A stretch of DNA of 64,000 nt from Phoronis australis (Eukaryota > Animalia > Phoronida). Made by a program: the position numbers and the translations under genes. Positions 46,501 to 57,299 of this stretch are shown one piece after another; the stretch's first letter is position 1, and each line of letters opens with the position of its first letter. The stretch covers positions 309,527 through 373,526 of the forward strand of contig NMRA01000272.1 in NCBI GenBank assembly GCA_002633005.1. Direction: 5' to 3'. The notes under the pieces were generated by a model. That model did no database searches. It saw only the letters and a list, made by a program, of their open reading frames with translations, and was not told where the DNA came from.

Positions 46501-48690
46501 TGAAATTGTTATATTATACAGTAACAAGGTCAATCAGAATTTCACAGCCATGGTCCCTACTGAAATGCAAATGTCTACTAATTTCACTTCTTAAGCCAGT
46601 TTCTCACCAAAATCAATACTTCCATGAAGGAACATGAATGATATTCTGAATAAATTTCAGGCCAATTAACTGAATTTGAAAATTATTTTCAAATGACGCT
46701 TCATGAACGTTATTGCATGTTTGCAATAAGGCTAACATTCAAGTTTTTTGGAAGCAAACCTGTTTAGCAGACTTGACCTGTAAGTGTATTTGACATGACT
46801 TCCACCATCATCAAATAAAAAATAACAAGAGCAACGCGGAGCGTTGAAATGCGCCCACAATTGCACCGCATACGGTATCCTTCTAGGGTTGTTTATTGGT
46901 ACCATAAAGTGGCCAGTAGAGGGCATACTTTGCAAAATGGAAAGGCATGGTCATTGTCTCCTCAATAGCCGCGGCTAGGGGCAAAATGTGNGCAGAGAAC
47001 AGACAGTTCATTATAGTAGAGACCGACAAATAAAATGATACGATGCAACAAGATAACTTGTAGAGCCTGGTCTCAAGCAATAATGAACTGCCAGTTCTTT
47101 CGAGCCCTGAAATCACACCCAACTTGACTTTTAAAACAAAAAATGAGACCTATTTCATAACCATAAGTTGCCTAAATGGAAAGATGATTTTTGTACACTG
47201 GTCAAACATATCTTTAATGTACAACTTTCTGATCACTGATCAAACCTACCGAGTTAGTAAACGACTGCTACTATTTGAAAATTCCAAAGTATACCATCCT
47301 GACACAAATTGTCTTCTTTCCAACAATGTGCCAATTTCATAACAATCAATCAAAAATCAACAGATAAATTTACCTCTTATAACACCAAAATGTGTATCAC
47401 TAAAGCCAGTTCCAGCTCATACAATGAGAACAGCTGAAGAAGTCTGCACCTTATATTAAGAAGTGTTTCACTTCATCTCACATCAACGAATCAACCACGC
47501 ACTGAATTCACAGATTTTTTGTAAGTTTTATTTTCGGATTTGGAACAGTAACGAAGCAGAAAAGAAGGTCGGACTCAAGGCCGGCTTGTAGCCACCTTGA
47601 CCATATTCGAAAATTAAGTCGAGCTTCTTTTCAGAGACACCCGAGAATCGCGAATAACAGTGCAGCGTTGATATTTGTTGTGATACGGTAGGCAAATTAT
47701 ACAGGTCCCGACAACTGACCATTCATTGTTGGACTGAACTTGACGCATATGCAACAGAAAAAATGCAATGAAATCCATACTCATCAGCAAGAAAGTGTCT
47801 AAAACCTGTAATTTCAATCAAGTTATGCCTCGCTCATGGCAATAACTATCAGTCGGCAAAATACATTTGAGAGCTACCAGGGCTCTCACACCTGAGAAAA
47901 TAGGTGCTACTGGTAAGTGATTCTGAACTCGAGGGGGATTTTTAATCATTAGAGGTGAATTAAATAAAAGTCGAGTAATTGAGTCCCTTTTGAACATGGT
48001 GGCGGGAACTGGTTCCCGGCTGCCATTTTTAAGAGGGACACCTTCACTTTACCTTTACACAGAATTTTAGAGTGTGGTGAGGGGAAATTTGCATGACGTT
48101 TGGTGGATATTGACTAATCTGGAAGTGGCTTCAATGACCCAGAGGTAGAACTGGCAATGCAGGTGAGTCAAGAAAAAGGCAAAATTATCTAAAGGAGTTT
48201 TGGTTAATTTTATGAAACATGTACATCGTCAGAAAGAAGGAGAAAGTTATAAAAAGTCAGCAGACTTTGGATTTGGCAGTTACTTACACAGTAACAGTCG
48301 CTCACTGCCACTGGTAACTTTGATTAGTGATCTGTATGTAGACACTGTACGAGCAAGACTACGTAGGTAACATTAGGTCAGAGACTTCCTGGTTCTTAAA
48401 ACCGAGGACTGACGTTTACACAAAAGAACCTGCTGTAATAGTCCCGACTATCGACACTTTCAGCGACACAAGAAAACAAGGGAATCTGGGGCTGGAGACC
48501 GGTCGTTGGCGCGATGCGGGGCCGCAGCCGACTTGCACACAAACGTTAAAATGCAGCAATAGCATAACACCACCAAAGTTACGAAATATGTTCACTAACC
48601 TGCAACTGAACGAGTCTTCCACATTTTTAGCAGCAATAAAATTATAGCCAAAAGGTGAGACATATCACCACAAAGTCGGAAAACGTTCAT
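40503..48690 (-). CDS. KDELR: ER lumen protein-retaining (KDEL) receptor, 4 coding exons, 212 aa
   Basis: Exons 48690-48600, 45052-44793, 43965-43713, 40537-40503 (639 nt). [92 protein letters not shown]. Confidence 0.97.
43420..43608 (+). mobile_element. 3' part of a pearl/HINE-like element
   Basis: GCCACTAGGGGGCAC core, GACG/GACA-like stretch, terminal hairpin GCACACACATATATGTGGGC-ACATAA as near 14310. Confidence 0.6.
46824..47000 (+). mobile_element. 5' part of a pearl/HINE-like element
   Basis: AACAAGAGCAACGCGGAGCGTTGAAATGCGCCCAC matches the 5' end at 13437; GGCCAGTAGAGGGCA at 46911. Right boundary uncertain. Confidence 0.55.
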
Positions 48691-48790
48691 TTTGGTTCCG
48701 TCGTCTGTAGTTTACACGTCCCAATATGGCGTCGCTCGCACCGACGTGGCAATGGTGCATTATGGGAAACAGACGTGGCTTACGCACCAG
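48691..48790 (-). promoter_or_regulatory. KDELR proximal promoter with two GCCACGTC (CREB3/XBP1-type) motifs and a YY1-like site
   Basis: GACGTGGC at 48743-48750 and 48772-48779, AATATGGCG at 48723-48731, all within 90 bp of the ATG, in CpG-rich sequence. Confidence 0.55.
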
Positions 48791-49343
48791 GTAGCGCGTT
48801 GCAAGTGCAGCCATTATAGCCGCACTAATGTTGTCCATAATGGGGGTGCAGCTGAAGCTCCAACTGTACGTGTTTTTAAATGAGAATACGGCTTTCTGGG
48901 CCATCAGTGTGTTATTCAATGAGCACTATTGCTTTATCAACGCGCACAATTGCTTAACCTATTTTCGAATATTGGTTACCTGCTGAGATAACTGATTGCA
49001 GTACGCTCTGAAGGGTGCATGGCTTTCAGCCGCGCGTGCCAGCCCGCCCCGCGTCAGTCATGCATTGATGCATGGGCTCATCCATTTCTCACTGAGTGCA
49101 AGGCGAACTGACGGAGATTATCTGATCAGTACCGGGGCAGTTACGGAATTAATGAGCCCGTCCCGTGAGCACGATCCCCTGCCGCCCCGGCCATAGGCCC
49201 CGTCGGCGGAAACGGCGTGGACCCTCATAAGTAATTTTCGTTTGTTTTTCTGACGCAGCCGTTCTAGCGACAGTCGCCGGCGACTGAGCCGATAACCTCT
49301 CGACTTCACTCATGAGACAAGACCATTCTAATAATTAAAAACC

Positions 49344-49499
49344 CAGGGGCGGATACAGGATTTTGAGCACGGTTAAGGGGGGGGGGCAGAGTCAGAGTTA
49401 GCCAGGATTACTAACATTCGTACTCCCGAACTGCCAAGGAATCTGAGACAATTTTAGGGGGGACCATGGCCCCCTTTGCTCCCTCTAAATCCGCCACTG
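49344..49499. mobile_element. CAGGGGCGGAT-type MITE
   Basis: CAGGGGCGGAT...ATCCGCCACTG; flanks AAACC and GAACC (4/5 TSD). Confidence 0.75.
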
Positions 49500-49804
49500 G
49501 AACCCCTCAACCCCTCACCCCACTTTCCCCAAAAATATGTCGATTATTGGCCATTTGTGTCGCTTTCTCGGATGCTTTGAAAGGTTAACATCAGTAGCGG
49601 GGTCAGGTCCGGGCGCTCATCACTGAAGTGGCCGGGGCGCCGCCGCGGCTCTACGCTCTGTGGATGCCGCGGCCCAGCTTTCAGCTGAACAGTCGGTCAG
49701 CGGTGGCCGAGGCTGGAGCGCGCTGCAGTCCCCCTGCAGATCTGTCCCTGCGTATGTGCGAAAATTGCGAAGTCTCGAGAACTAAAAGTGTCGATTAATC
49801 CGTT

Positions 49805-50042
49805 ATGTGCGCACCCGGGGGAGGGCTCGGGGGGCTCGAATGCCGAGTGGGCAAAAAGGTCCGCCTCAGAGAAACAAAACGTCCGGGAAAACGAGACAAA
49901 AGTCAACTAAAAAGGCGCCATTCACGGCTCTGAACGTACGTTGTACCCCTATTTTATTCCTTCCGCTTTTTTGGCAGTGAAAGGTCGATCCACCGTCGTC
50001 AGATATTCGAGCCCCCCATATTAAAGGCTGTGTGCACGAATG
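49805..50042. mobile_element. MITE family C, inverted copy
   Basis: Reverse complement of 29814-30061 (GTGGGCAAAAAGGTCC, GAAAACGAGACAA, ATTCGAGCCCCCCATATTAAA). Confidence 0.82.
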
Positions 50043-50403
50043 TTACCGACCATTTAATCATGTGTCGGTTTCAGAAGCGCTGCGTTGAAAATTTTCTTCT
50101 AAGTCCCAAGAAATGGGTCGATTATTGGCCATTTGTGTCACTTTCAGAAACGTTGCGTTGAAAGTTTCAGTCCTCAAAAATGTGTCGTTTATTGGCCATT
50201 TAAATTGTGTCGGTTTCTGAAACGTACAGCTTGGGCGACGAAATCGATTTTATTAATTGGAGCATGCGCCAGGTCTTCAGTTGTTGATCTGGCGACTAGG
50301 CTCTGCGCTAATCGGGTGCCCCCCCCCCCCGCGGCAGTGACTAGTCGTGACCCCGGCGGCTGCGATGAAGCGCCGAGGTGCACATCTTACGCCAGGTCTT
50401 CAG

Positions 50404-51349
50404 CAGGCTCGTAGCCAGCATTGCGCGGGAGGTGGTTTGAATTTCTAGTACGGTAGACTTTTGATATTTTTCAAGTGTCGACGCACGGTAAGGCGCTTGA
50501 CGCAGCTTAACTGGGGGGAGAGAAATCTGTATAGCCTACACAACGACTCTCAGCTCTATGTTCCCAAGATCAGACAGAATTCTTAATATCAGAAATGAGG
50601 ATGCCCTGACGATTGCTCACAAAGAACCGGACCCTAATTCGGATGTAATGTGGTCCAAAAAGAGAACCGTTGCCGCGTTATCCCGGCCCTGCCAAACTTT
50701 CTAAGCGGGCGTGCTTAAATGAGTGATTTTACACGTATCTCATTATATACTCGGACGGAAATATGTAATCGGAGAATGATCGACTTAAATATTTTGATCT
50801 GGTTGTATTTTGCGTATTACTTAACTTGCTTACATCGCTGGAAATGGGAACTATTCCAAAGGTTTTGAAGATTCACTATGATTCTGACAGTTCACTACTC
50901 CGAAAAGATCTAAAATTTTGAACGTGTGTGTATCTGATACACTTTTACCTGCAAAATAAGCGACACTTCGGTTATTAGATGCACTAGGTGGTGTACAAAC
51001 AACGCCCGGATTTCATGCGCATGCGAAATTGCTCGCAAGTCTTTCGAATACGGAAAATGAGTACGTATTTGAATATTTGAAAAACATGAAGCAGGATTAG
51101 GGGCTACTGATGAATTATCAGCCACATTACATTAATCAAAGTCCTGACCCGATTGTTGTCCCTGCTTGAGACTGAATGAGTCGTTAGTTAGATTTAAGAT
51201 TCAGGATTGGCAGTGATTGGAACTGAGATCATTTATAAACAATGTAATCGAAGTTTTAAGAATTATTCAACTTTTGCACACCCTTTAAATAGTTACTACG
51301 TCAGTTCTACTCATTAGCAAACAATCAGAGCAATGACCTGTCGGAGTTC
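50404..51349 (+). repeat. About 1-kb dispersed repeat, copy 1
   Basis: Collinear with 54793-56020, from CGTAGCCAGCATT through CGGTAAGGC.CTTGACGCAGCTTAA, GAAATGAGGATG and CTCATTATATACTCGGAC to CTGTCGGAGTTCT. Confidence 0.85.
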
Positions 51350-51435
51350 TGGTGTCGGAATTGTGGACATTCGAAGTAGTGAACTTTCGGAGTACGTTCG
51401 GAGAAGTGGACTTTCAGAGAAGTCGCCATGTAACC
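50846..51435. mobile_element. Element with subterminal CACTA(C/T)TCCGAA repeats and an 8-bp TSD-like flank
   Basis: Left ACTATTCCAAAGG/CACTACTCCGAAA; right TTCGAAGTAGTGAAC..TTCGGAGAAGTGGAC..CATGTAACC; flanks CTGGAAAT (50838) and TTGGAAAT (51436). Confidence 0.6.
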
Positions 51436-52097
51436 TTGGAAATCTTTTCCATCAAGTTTGTTGCTCGTATGACGCGTGCTATGCTGTGCGCCATTNACCG
51501 ACCACATCAGGGTACCGCCATTGCATTTTTTTCTGAGCATTATATGCAGAATAATTCAAAAACAACATAAGTAATATAACCAATAGATGTAACAGTGGAG
51601 CTGCGCGGGAACAAGCGTTTGACATTTTTTACCCGGGCACAATGCGCGGGCCCAAGCGTTTTTGGTATTTTCAATTCATAGAAAGTGTAAAAGGATTTTA
51701 ATGGCCTCAAAGCATAAAACTAACATCAGAAATAAACTCCCCGCACCCAAAAATATTGAAAACATGGATGTACAACATGATCTGGTGATGATAATAGCCG
51801 AGATATGCCAATTTCCATTTTCGGCGGCGGCCATGTTGGATTTTGTGCGTAGCGGCCACTAGGGGGTTAGCACAGTTTGACGGTTTGCGGTGCTTTTTAG
51901 AAATGTTTTACCTATTCCTAACATTGTACCAATTTGCACAAACTTGTCACAAAGTGCGCGATTTTTATGAATTCCCTCTCCGCTAATTGGCTTTGATTGA
52001 CAAGAGAAGACTTTCTTCATTGACAACAGTTTTTATAAAGTCTAAACCAAGTTACATGCTCGTCGGGTTTTTTTTTGTGCAAGATAATACGGTAGTT

Positions 52098-52169
52098 CAT
52101 GGGCGGCGCAGCACTGAAAAAAGTGGGGGCTATAGCCTCCCCCCAACCCCCTATGATGCGCCGCCGATG
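52098..52169. mobile_element. 72-bp mini-MITE
   Basis: CATGGGCGGCGCA...TGCGCCGCCGATG terminal inverted repeat with an internal GGGGGCTATAGCCTCC hairpin. Confidence 0.65.
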
Positions 52170-53762
52170 TAAATGTCGGATTTAAACGACGGAGGACTGG
52201 CTATGGTGAACTTAATTATCATCGACGTGTACTGAATTTAATGAATGAAAACGCACAGTCTGCACTTTACCGTCCTCTGCCATCATCAAAATAGCAGATA
52301 ACAAACCTACTTTCGGCTATTTTGTTTCTTGGTTGATTTTAAGGCATTCACACGGCACTACTTTTTGGGACCTCTCTCGCGGCTATACACCCTAGCTAGG
52401 TATAGGCATTTACTTCTAGAATTGCTCTATATGTTGTAGCCACCACGCGCGTTCAGTGCCGATGAATAGCATAAAACCTCCTCTAATTGTCTGCACCATC
52501 ATATCAAGGAGTGTACTTGATAACATTAACCACCATTCGGGTGAAGTTGACCGGGTACGACCCGGTGATTACGTGAATTGAATTCAAAATTATTACTGAC
52601 TTACGGTAATCATTATAGTTAGTAGTACCAGTAGCTGCAACAATTTTGTTGTTGTTGTCCATCTTTAACCTCCCCCGCACCCCCCTGGCTACGGGCCCGC
52701 ACGTGCAGTGTTACCTTAGTTCTTAAACATTCCTGCAAGTGTTCTCGAACCCGGTCGCGTGATAAATTGATCCGATGATTTGTCACCCAATTTATATATA
52801 TCTTGAGGTATAAAACGACACACAATGTCTCCTTTCCATGCCACGATTTCTAGGGCCAGGGCATCGGCAAGAGAAGAGTCAAAATGACATTAAATTTTGA
52901 ACATTGGTCCGCCTCATACCGTGCAGTGCCATGTGAACTCGATATGTGCCTTTTTGATGATACCAATCCTATTGGTGACTATCGTGGCAAGAGGAATTTG
53001 TTTAGACCTGCAGGAGTGAACGCCGGGTCCGTACTGTATTTTGGGTCTAAATACCATTTTAAGTAGTCCCTCTCCCTCTCTCAGGATCTGCACTAACACG
53101 CAACGAGCATTAATTTCTGAATCTATCATGACGGGTTAGTCACAGTCTGGCTTAGAATCGCTTACTAGGCCATGCGTTGAGGCAAGAAAACACCAAATCA
53201 GCCGGTTGGATTTGGGGTTGTTCTAAAACCCCATTGTGTAGGAGTACTTGGCTGGTGTCACTTAACTCTCATTTTAAGTGAAATGTCTGCCGGAGAAGCA
53301 AGGGACCCGGCGCCGGCAGTCTGGGATTCATTATTCAAAACATTCAAGGAAAATATGGTTCTCAACCGCGGTGACGCCAAATTATAGACATACCCATTTC
53401 CGATAGTAGGCGCAACGTGTATATCCGGCAAATGGTAATTTCTACGTTTCTTGGACCCCAATAGTATAAGCGTGGAAAACTAGGCATCCATAAATAGAAA
53501 TGTGTCGTGAAATATGTCAGTGGCGGATCTAGGATATCACAAGGGGGGGGCCAACATTTTGTCCGGCTGTAAACATTTGCGCAAAGTGAACCACGATTGT
53601 AGATGCGCATAGCACCGAATGGGGGTAGGTTTGCCCCCCTCCCGCCCAGGAAATTCTTCTGTTTTTACCTCTAAAAATCAAGTATTTTCCTTGATTCCTG
53701 AAGTGTTATCCAAGAAAAAAGGCAAAAAAAAAACCGAACGTGTCAAACTGGTAAAACTGCAA

Positions 53763-53830
53763 GTACCAAAGACTCGAACTCACGACCTTGCTCATAGAGC
53801 GCGCGTGCGTTACCGCTACACCACCACTCG
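53763..53830 (-). pseudogene. tRNA-like relic / SINE head
   Basis: Minus strand reads GTGGTGGTGTAGCGGTAACGCACGCGCGCTCTATGAGCAAGGTCGTGAGTTCGAGTC: A box, D-loop GG and B box present, but acceptor and anticodon stems are broken. Confidence 0.55.
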
Positions 53831-54792
53831 TCATACTAAGAGACCTACTTGTTTATGGTCCTCCACAGCGTTTGCCAGCGAAACCTTCTTTTTGTAATGC
53901 TTATTACACGTTTTGTGCCATCGATGTCTTAACAATTATTTCCGTAAGTGTTGGCTTGACTGTTGCGTTTGCACGACGGTCATCGACTAAAGAATGATCT
54001 TTAACAAGTTTCCCAGTCTCACCACATGCACTCAGCCGGCTCCACAAAAAAACACTGGACAACAGGTACGGATCTCAAGACCCCCTCCAAATATTTCGGA
54101 AACACCGGAAATTATCTCATTTGTTTCGCAACCCCTCCCCCACAGGTTTAGAGTATTTAACGTCTGGATAAACCCGTCGTTTAATGCGGAGTGGACACCT
54201 GTTCACTTGTTAATTACATGGATGTCAAGTTGTGACTGTTTCACAATCATACGTGGACTAACAGTTACACATACCTGAACTATGTGAACCACGTAAGAAT
54301 GATGTTGACAACACCTGCGAGCAATAACATGTTGAGGCAAAGACTACAAGGGCATTTTGATTAACTACAGTATACTTCTGGTTCTTTTGCTCCCAATTTT
54401 CCACGTTTCTTCCCAGCCTAGTATCTATTCAGTTTTCCAAAGCATTGCATTCGATGGACTAATGAAAATAACACGAATATAAAATTTGAGAATATACTGG
54501 AGATAATAAAAAAGAATCTATTCCTCCGTACAAGTGTTGATATACTACCGACATTGCGGAGACGACCGCGGCCTTTTTCGAATCGATACGTATACATGTC
54601 TTATTATTGAAACCGCTCGTTCGCCACCTAACTGTACACGTGTTGATGCAAACAGTATTCGTAGACCGTAGAGGGCTATAAACTCGCCTTCCGTCACAAA
54701 AAAACAACTTTTGGTTTAGAACATGAGGCTATGAAATTTGCATTAAATTTTTCTATAGGAATAGATGTGATATCTGGTCTTGGAAAGACCTG

Positions 54793-56020
54793 CAGACGCG
54801 TAGCCAGCATTTCTTGAAAGGTGGACGTTTGACATTTTGCCGCAAACGTCAACACTAGAGTTTTCGGTAAGGCCCTTGACGCAGCTTAATTATGGGGATG
54901 GAAAATCCGTGTGCACGGCAACGATGACTCTCACTGTGAGCTCTATGTTCCTGAGATCACGGAATTCGTATAACTGAAATGAGGATGTCGTGCCGGTTGC
55001 TCGCATGGGACTCAAATTCGGATATAATGTGATCCACAAAGAGAACGTTCTCGCGTTGCCTCTTGCCAAGTCAAATCAGGCGTGTTTAAATGAGTGATTA
55101 CACCTCATTATATACTCGGACAGAAATATTTAGTCGGAGAATGACTTGACATATTTTTTCTCATCTGATTGTATTTTTGCGTGTCAAGTTTCTTACATCG
55201 CTGGAAATGGGTATACATATCAGTCCACTATTCCGATGGATCACTATTCCGATGGATCACTATTCCGATGGATCACTATTCCGATACCTTTCACTCCGAT
55301 CAGGTTCACAACTCCGAAGGTTCACTACTCCAAAAATACAAGTCTTAATTTTCGGACTCACCTCAGATGTAATTGTTATACTTTTACATGAAAAAATAAA
55401 CGACACTTCGATTATTAGATGCAACAACTGTATAGTGAAAACAACGCCCGGGTAATAAGTTTGGATTTCATGCGTATGCGAAATCAGTGCCCGCATACCT
55501 CTGACGAATACGGAAAAATGAACTCGTACGTAATTGCATTTCTAAAAGAATATGAAGTAGGGATATTGATTAATTATCAACCACGATGCCTTCATCAAAT
55601 CCATGTCAAGATTGTACCATTTCACGGCGCGACTAAAAAGTTCACTTGTAGGGCCGCTGCGCCTCAACCCGCTCACCAACCAAACTGCTCGCACGGCCGG
55701 AAACTAAATGTAGGCCTAGTTAGTAGGCTACCTTGTCCCTACAGTCTTCACGAAAGTTTCATCCAATCTTCGTCGTTAGTCTCCGCCGTTCCCCTGTATT
55801 GGAGTCTGAGTCTGTAGTTAATTAGACTCGATTAACTACGATTGGCAGCCCCAGCTGTCTTGGAATTCTGAACTATTTTGTAAATGATGTTATCAATGTT
55901 TTAGGAACTATTCAATTTTGCTCACTCTTTAAATGGTTACTAAATGGACACAAATTGACAACCCTTTTTTCATGTCAGTGCCAACTCATTATAGTAGACA
56001 ATCAGAACTGTCGGAGTTCT
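54793..56020 (+). repeat. About 1.2-kb dispersed repeat, copy 2, including a 16-bp tandem (CACTATTCCGATGGAT) at about 55226-55285
   Basis: Collinear with 50404-51349, with an extra block at about 55620-55800. Confidence 0.85.
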
Positions 56021-56299
56021 CAGGGATCAGTACTGAGAAGACCTACAGCTGGGGCGTTTCACTAATTGGGCCCGCGGTGTCCATAGAGATCACTAACGGC
56101 GGGAGGGGGTAGGTTTTTGTATTGTATTAAACAGCTCAAATGGAGATTCAACTAATTAAGGAGTGTGAGGCCTGACACTCCTCGAACGATTAGTGATCGG
56201 TAAACTTTCTAGTGGCTGTGTGTTTGTCAGATCATGTCTTACACTGTCTAACTGTCTATTTGTGTCAGTTGCATGACTGAAAAGATCCGTACTATCATA

Positions 56300-56562
56300 C
56301 GCGCTCCCCGGCAGCGCCTTTGGGGGGGGGGGCTCGAATTATTGTCATGATTATTGCGGACCTTTTACTAGCAAAAAACGGGGGAACTAGTAAAAAAACG
56401 GGTCTTGAGTTTAGTGGACTTTTGTCTCGTTTCCCTAGTCAGTCGGACTTTTTGTGTCCGCCCGGACTCTGCCCGGCGACTAAGCGGACCTTATAGTTGC
56501 CCCAATTCAGTCGGCAATAGGGGGGACTTTGAACCCCCCCGTTTATGCAGCGTACGTGCACT
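56300..56562. mobile_element. Divergent MITE family C relative
   Basis: GGGGGGCTCGAATT..GCGGACCTTTT..TTGTCTCGTTT..GAACCCCCCC..GTGCAC. Confidence 0.55.
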
Positions 56563-56894
56563 GAATCCGCACTGAACCCCGCCTGGCCGGTCAGTGCAGT
56601 GCCGGCAGTGCGTCATATGATATGATAGGCTTGGTCAAACCGAGTACTCTGGGTCCCCCGGCCGCCGGTTTCGCGCCAGATTGCACAAATTCGGCAAAAG
56701 TTAAGGAACATTGAATCTTTGTTTAAGACTGATTCATGCAACGGGTCACTTGTCCCGCTTAAAATCCGACTTAATCATGGGACCCGCAGCGGGCGCCGGA
56801 AAATGCTTCTAACGCGGTGGCCGACAGTCCCCGAGCCTCCACCCAAGTTTAAGTTTAGCGGATGGCCACAGTGACCTGAGCCAGAGCCGTTCAA

Positions 56895-57260
56895 CTGTGC
56901 GTGAACTTGGAATCCTACTTAATCTCAAGATCACGTACGTATGCGTGAACTCGGAATACACCACAGAACTCGGAAAGTTCACTCAAATAATCACGTTTTC
57001 GTTGATAAACTTTTGCCCTGCACCAAAGAGCAAATTCAGGCCTACATAGTAAATGCAAACTTTCCAGTCTTTCAACTATTTATCCACCAAACGAAAATTA
57101 TTAACCATTCACACATTAACCCGATTCTATGGCACAAGTTCCAATAAAGGAGAAAATTGTTAACCCGTAAAGGAGAAAATTGTTAACCGTGAGGCCAATA
57201 ACCGCAACATTTTTCCAAGTTCACGCACACGCGATCTTGAGATCGTAGATTCGCGCACAG
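56895..57260. mobile_element. MITE family B copy directly upstream of the proposed CISD1 exon 1
   Basis: CTGTGCGTGAACTTGGAATCC.ACTTAATCTCAAGATC ... TTCCAAGTTCACGCACACGCGATCTTGAGAT..GCGCACAG. Confidence 0.78.
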
Positions 57261-57299
57261 CAGCGCCTCTCCTAGGCATTGACCGTAACCATCTAAAAC

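Noticed and set aside
50267-50403. 14-bp direct repeat CGCCAGGTCTTCAG flanking about 110 bp
   Set aside because: Could be a long TSD, but the enclosed sequence has no poly(A) tail, TIR or second copy to support an insertion.
50404-52699. TSD for the putative 2.3-kb composite element
   Set aside because: Flanks (TTCAG versus CACGT) do not match, so the pairing of the two ends is not claimed as a feature.
53763-53830. Functional tRNA gene (also 6100-6173)
   Set aside because: A and B boxes are present but the stems do not pair; kept only as relics.
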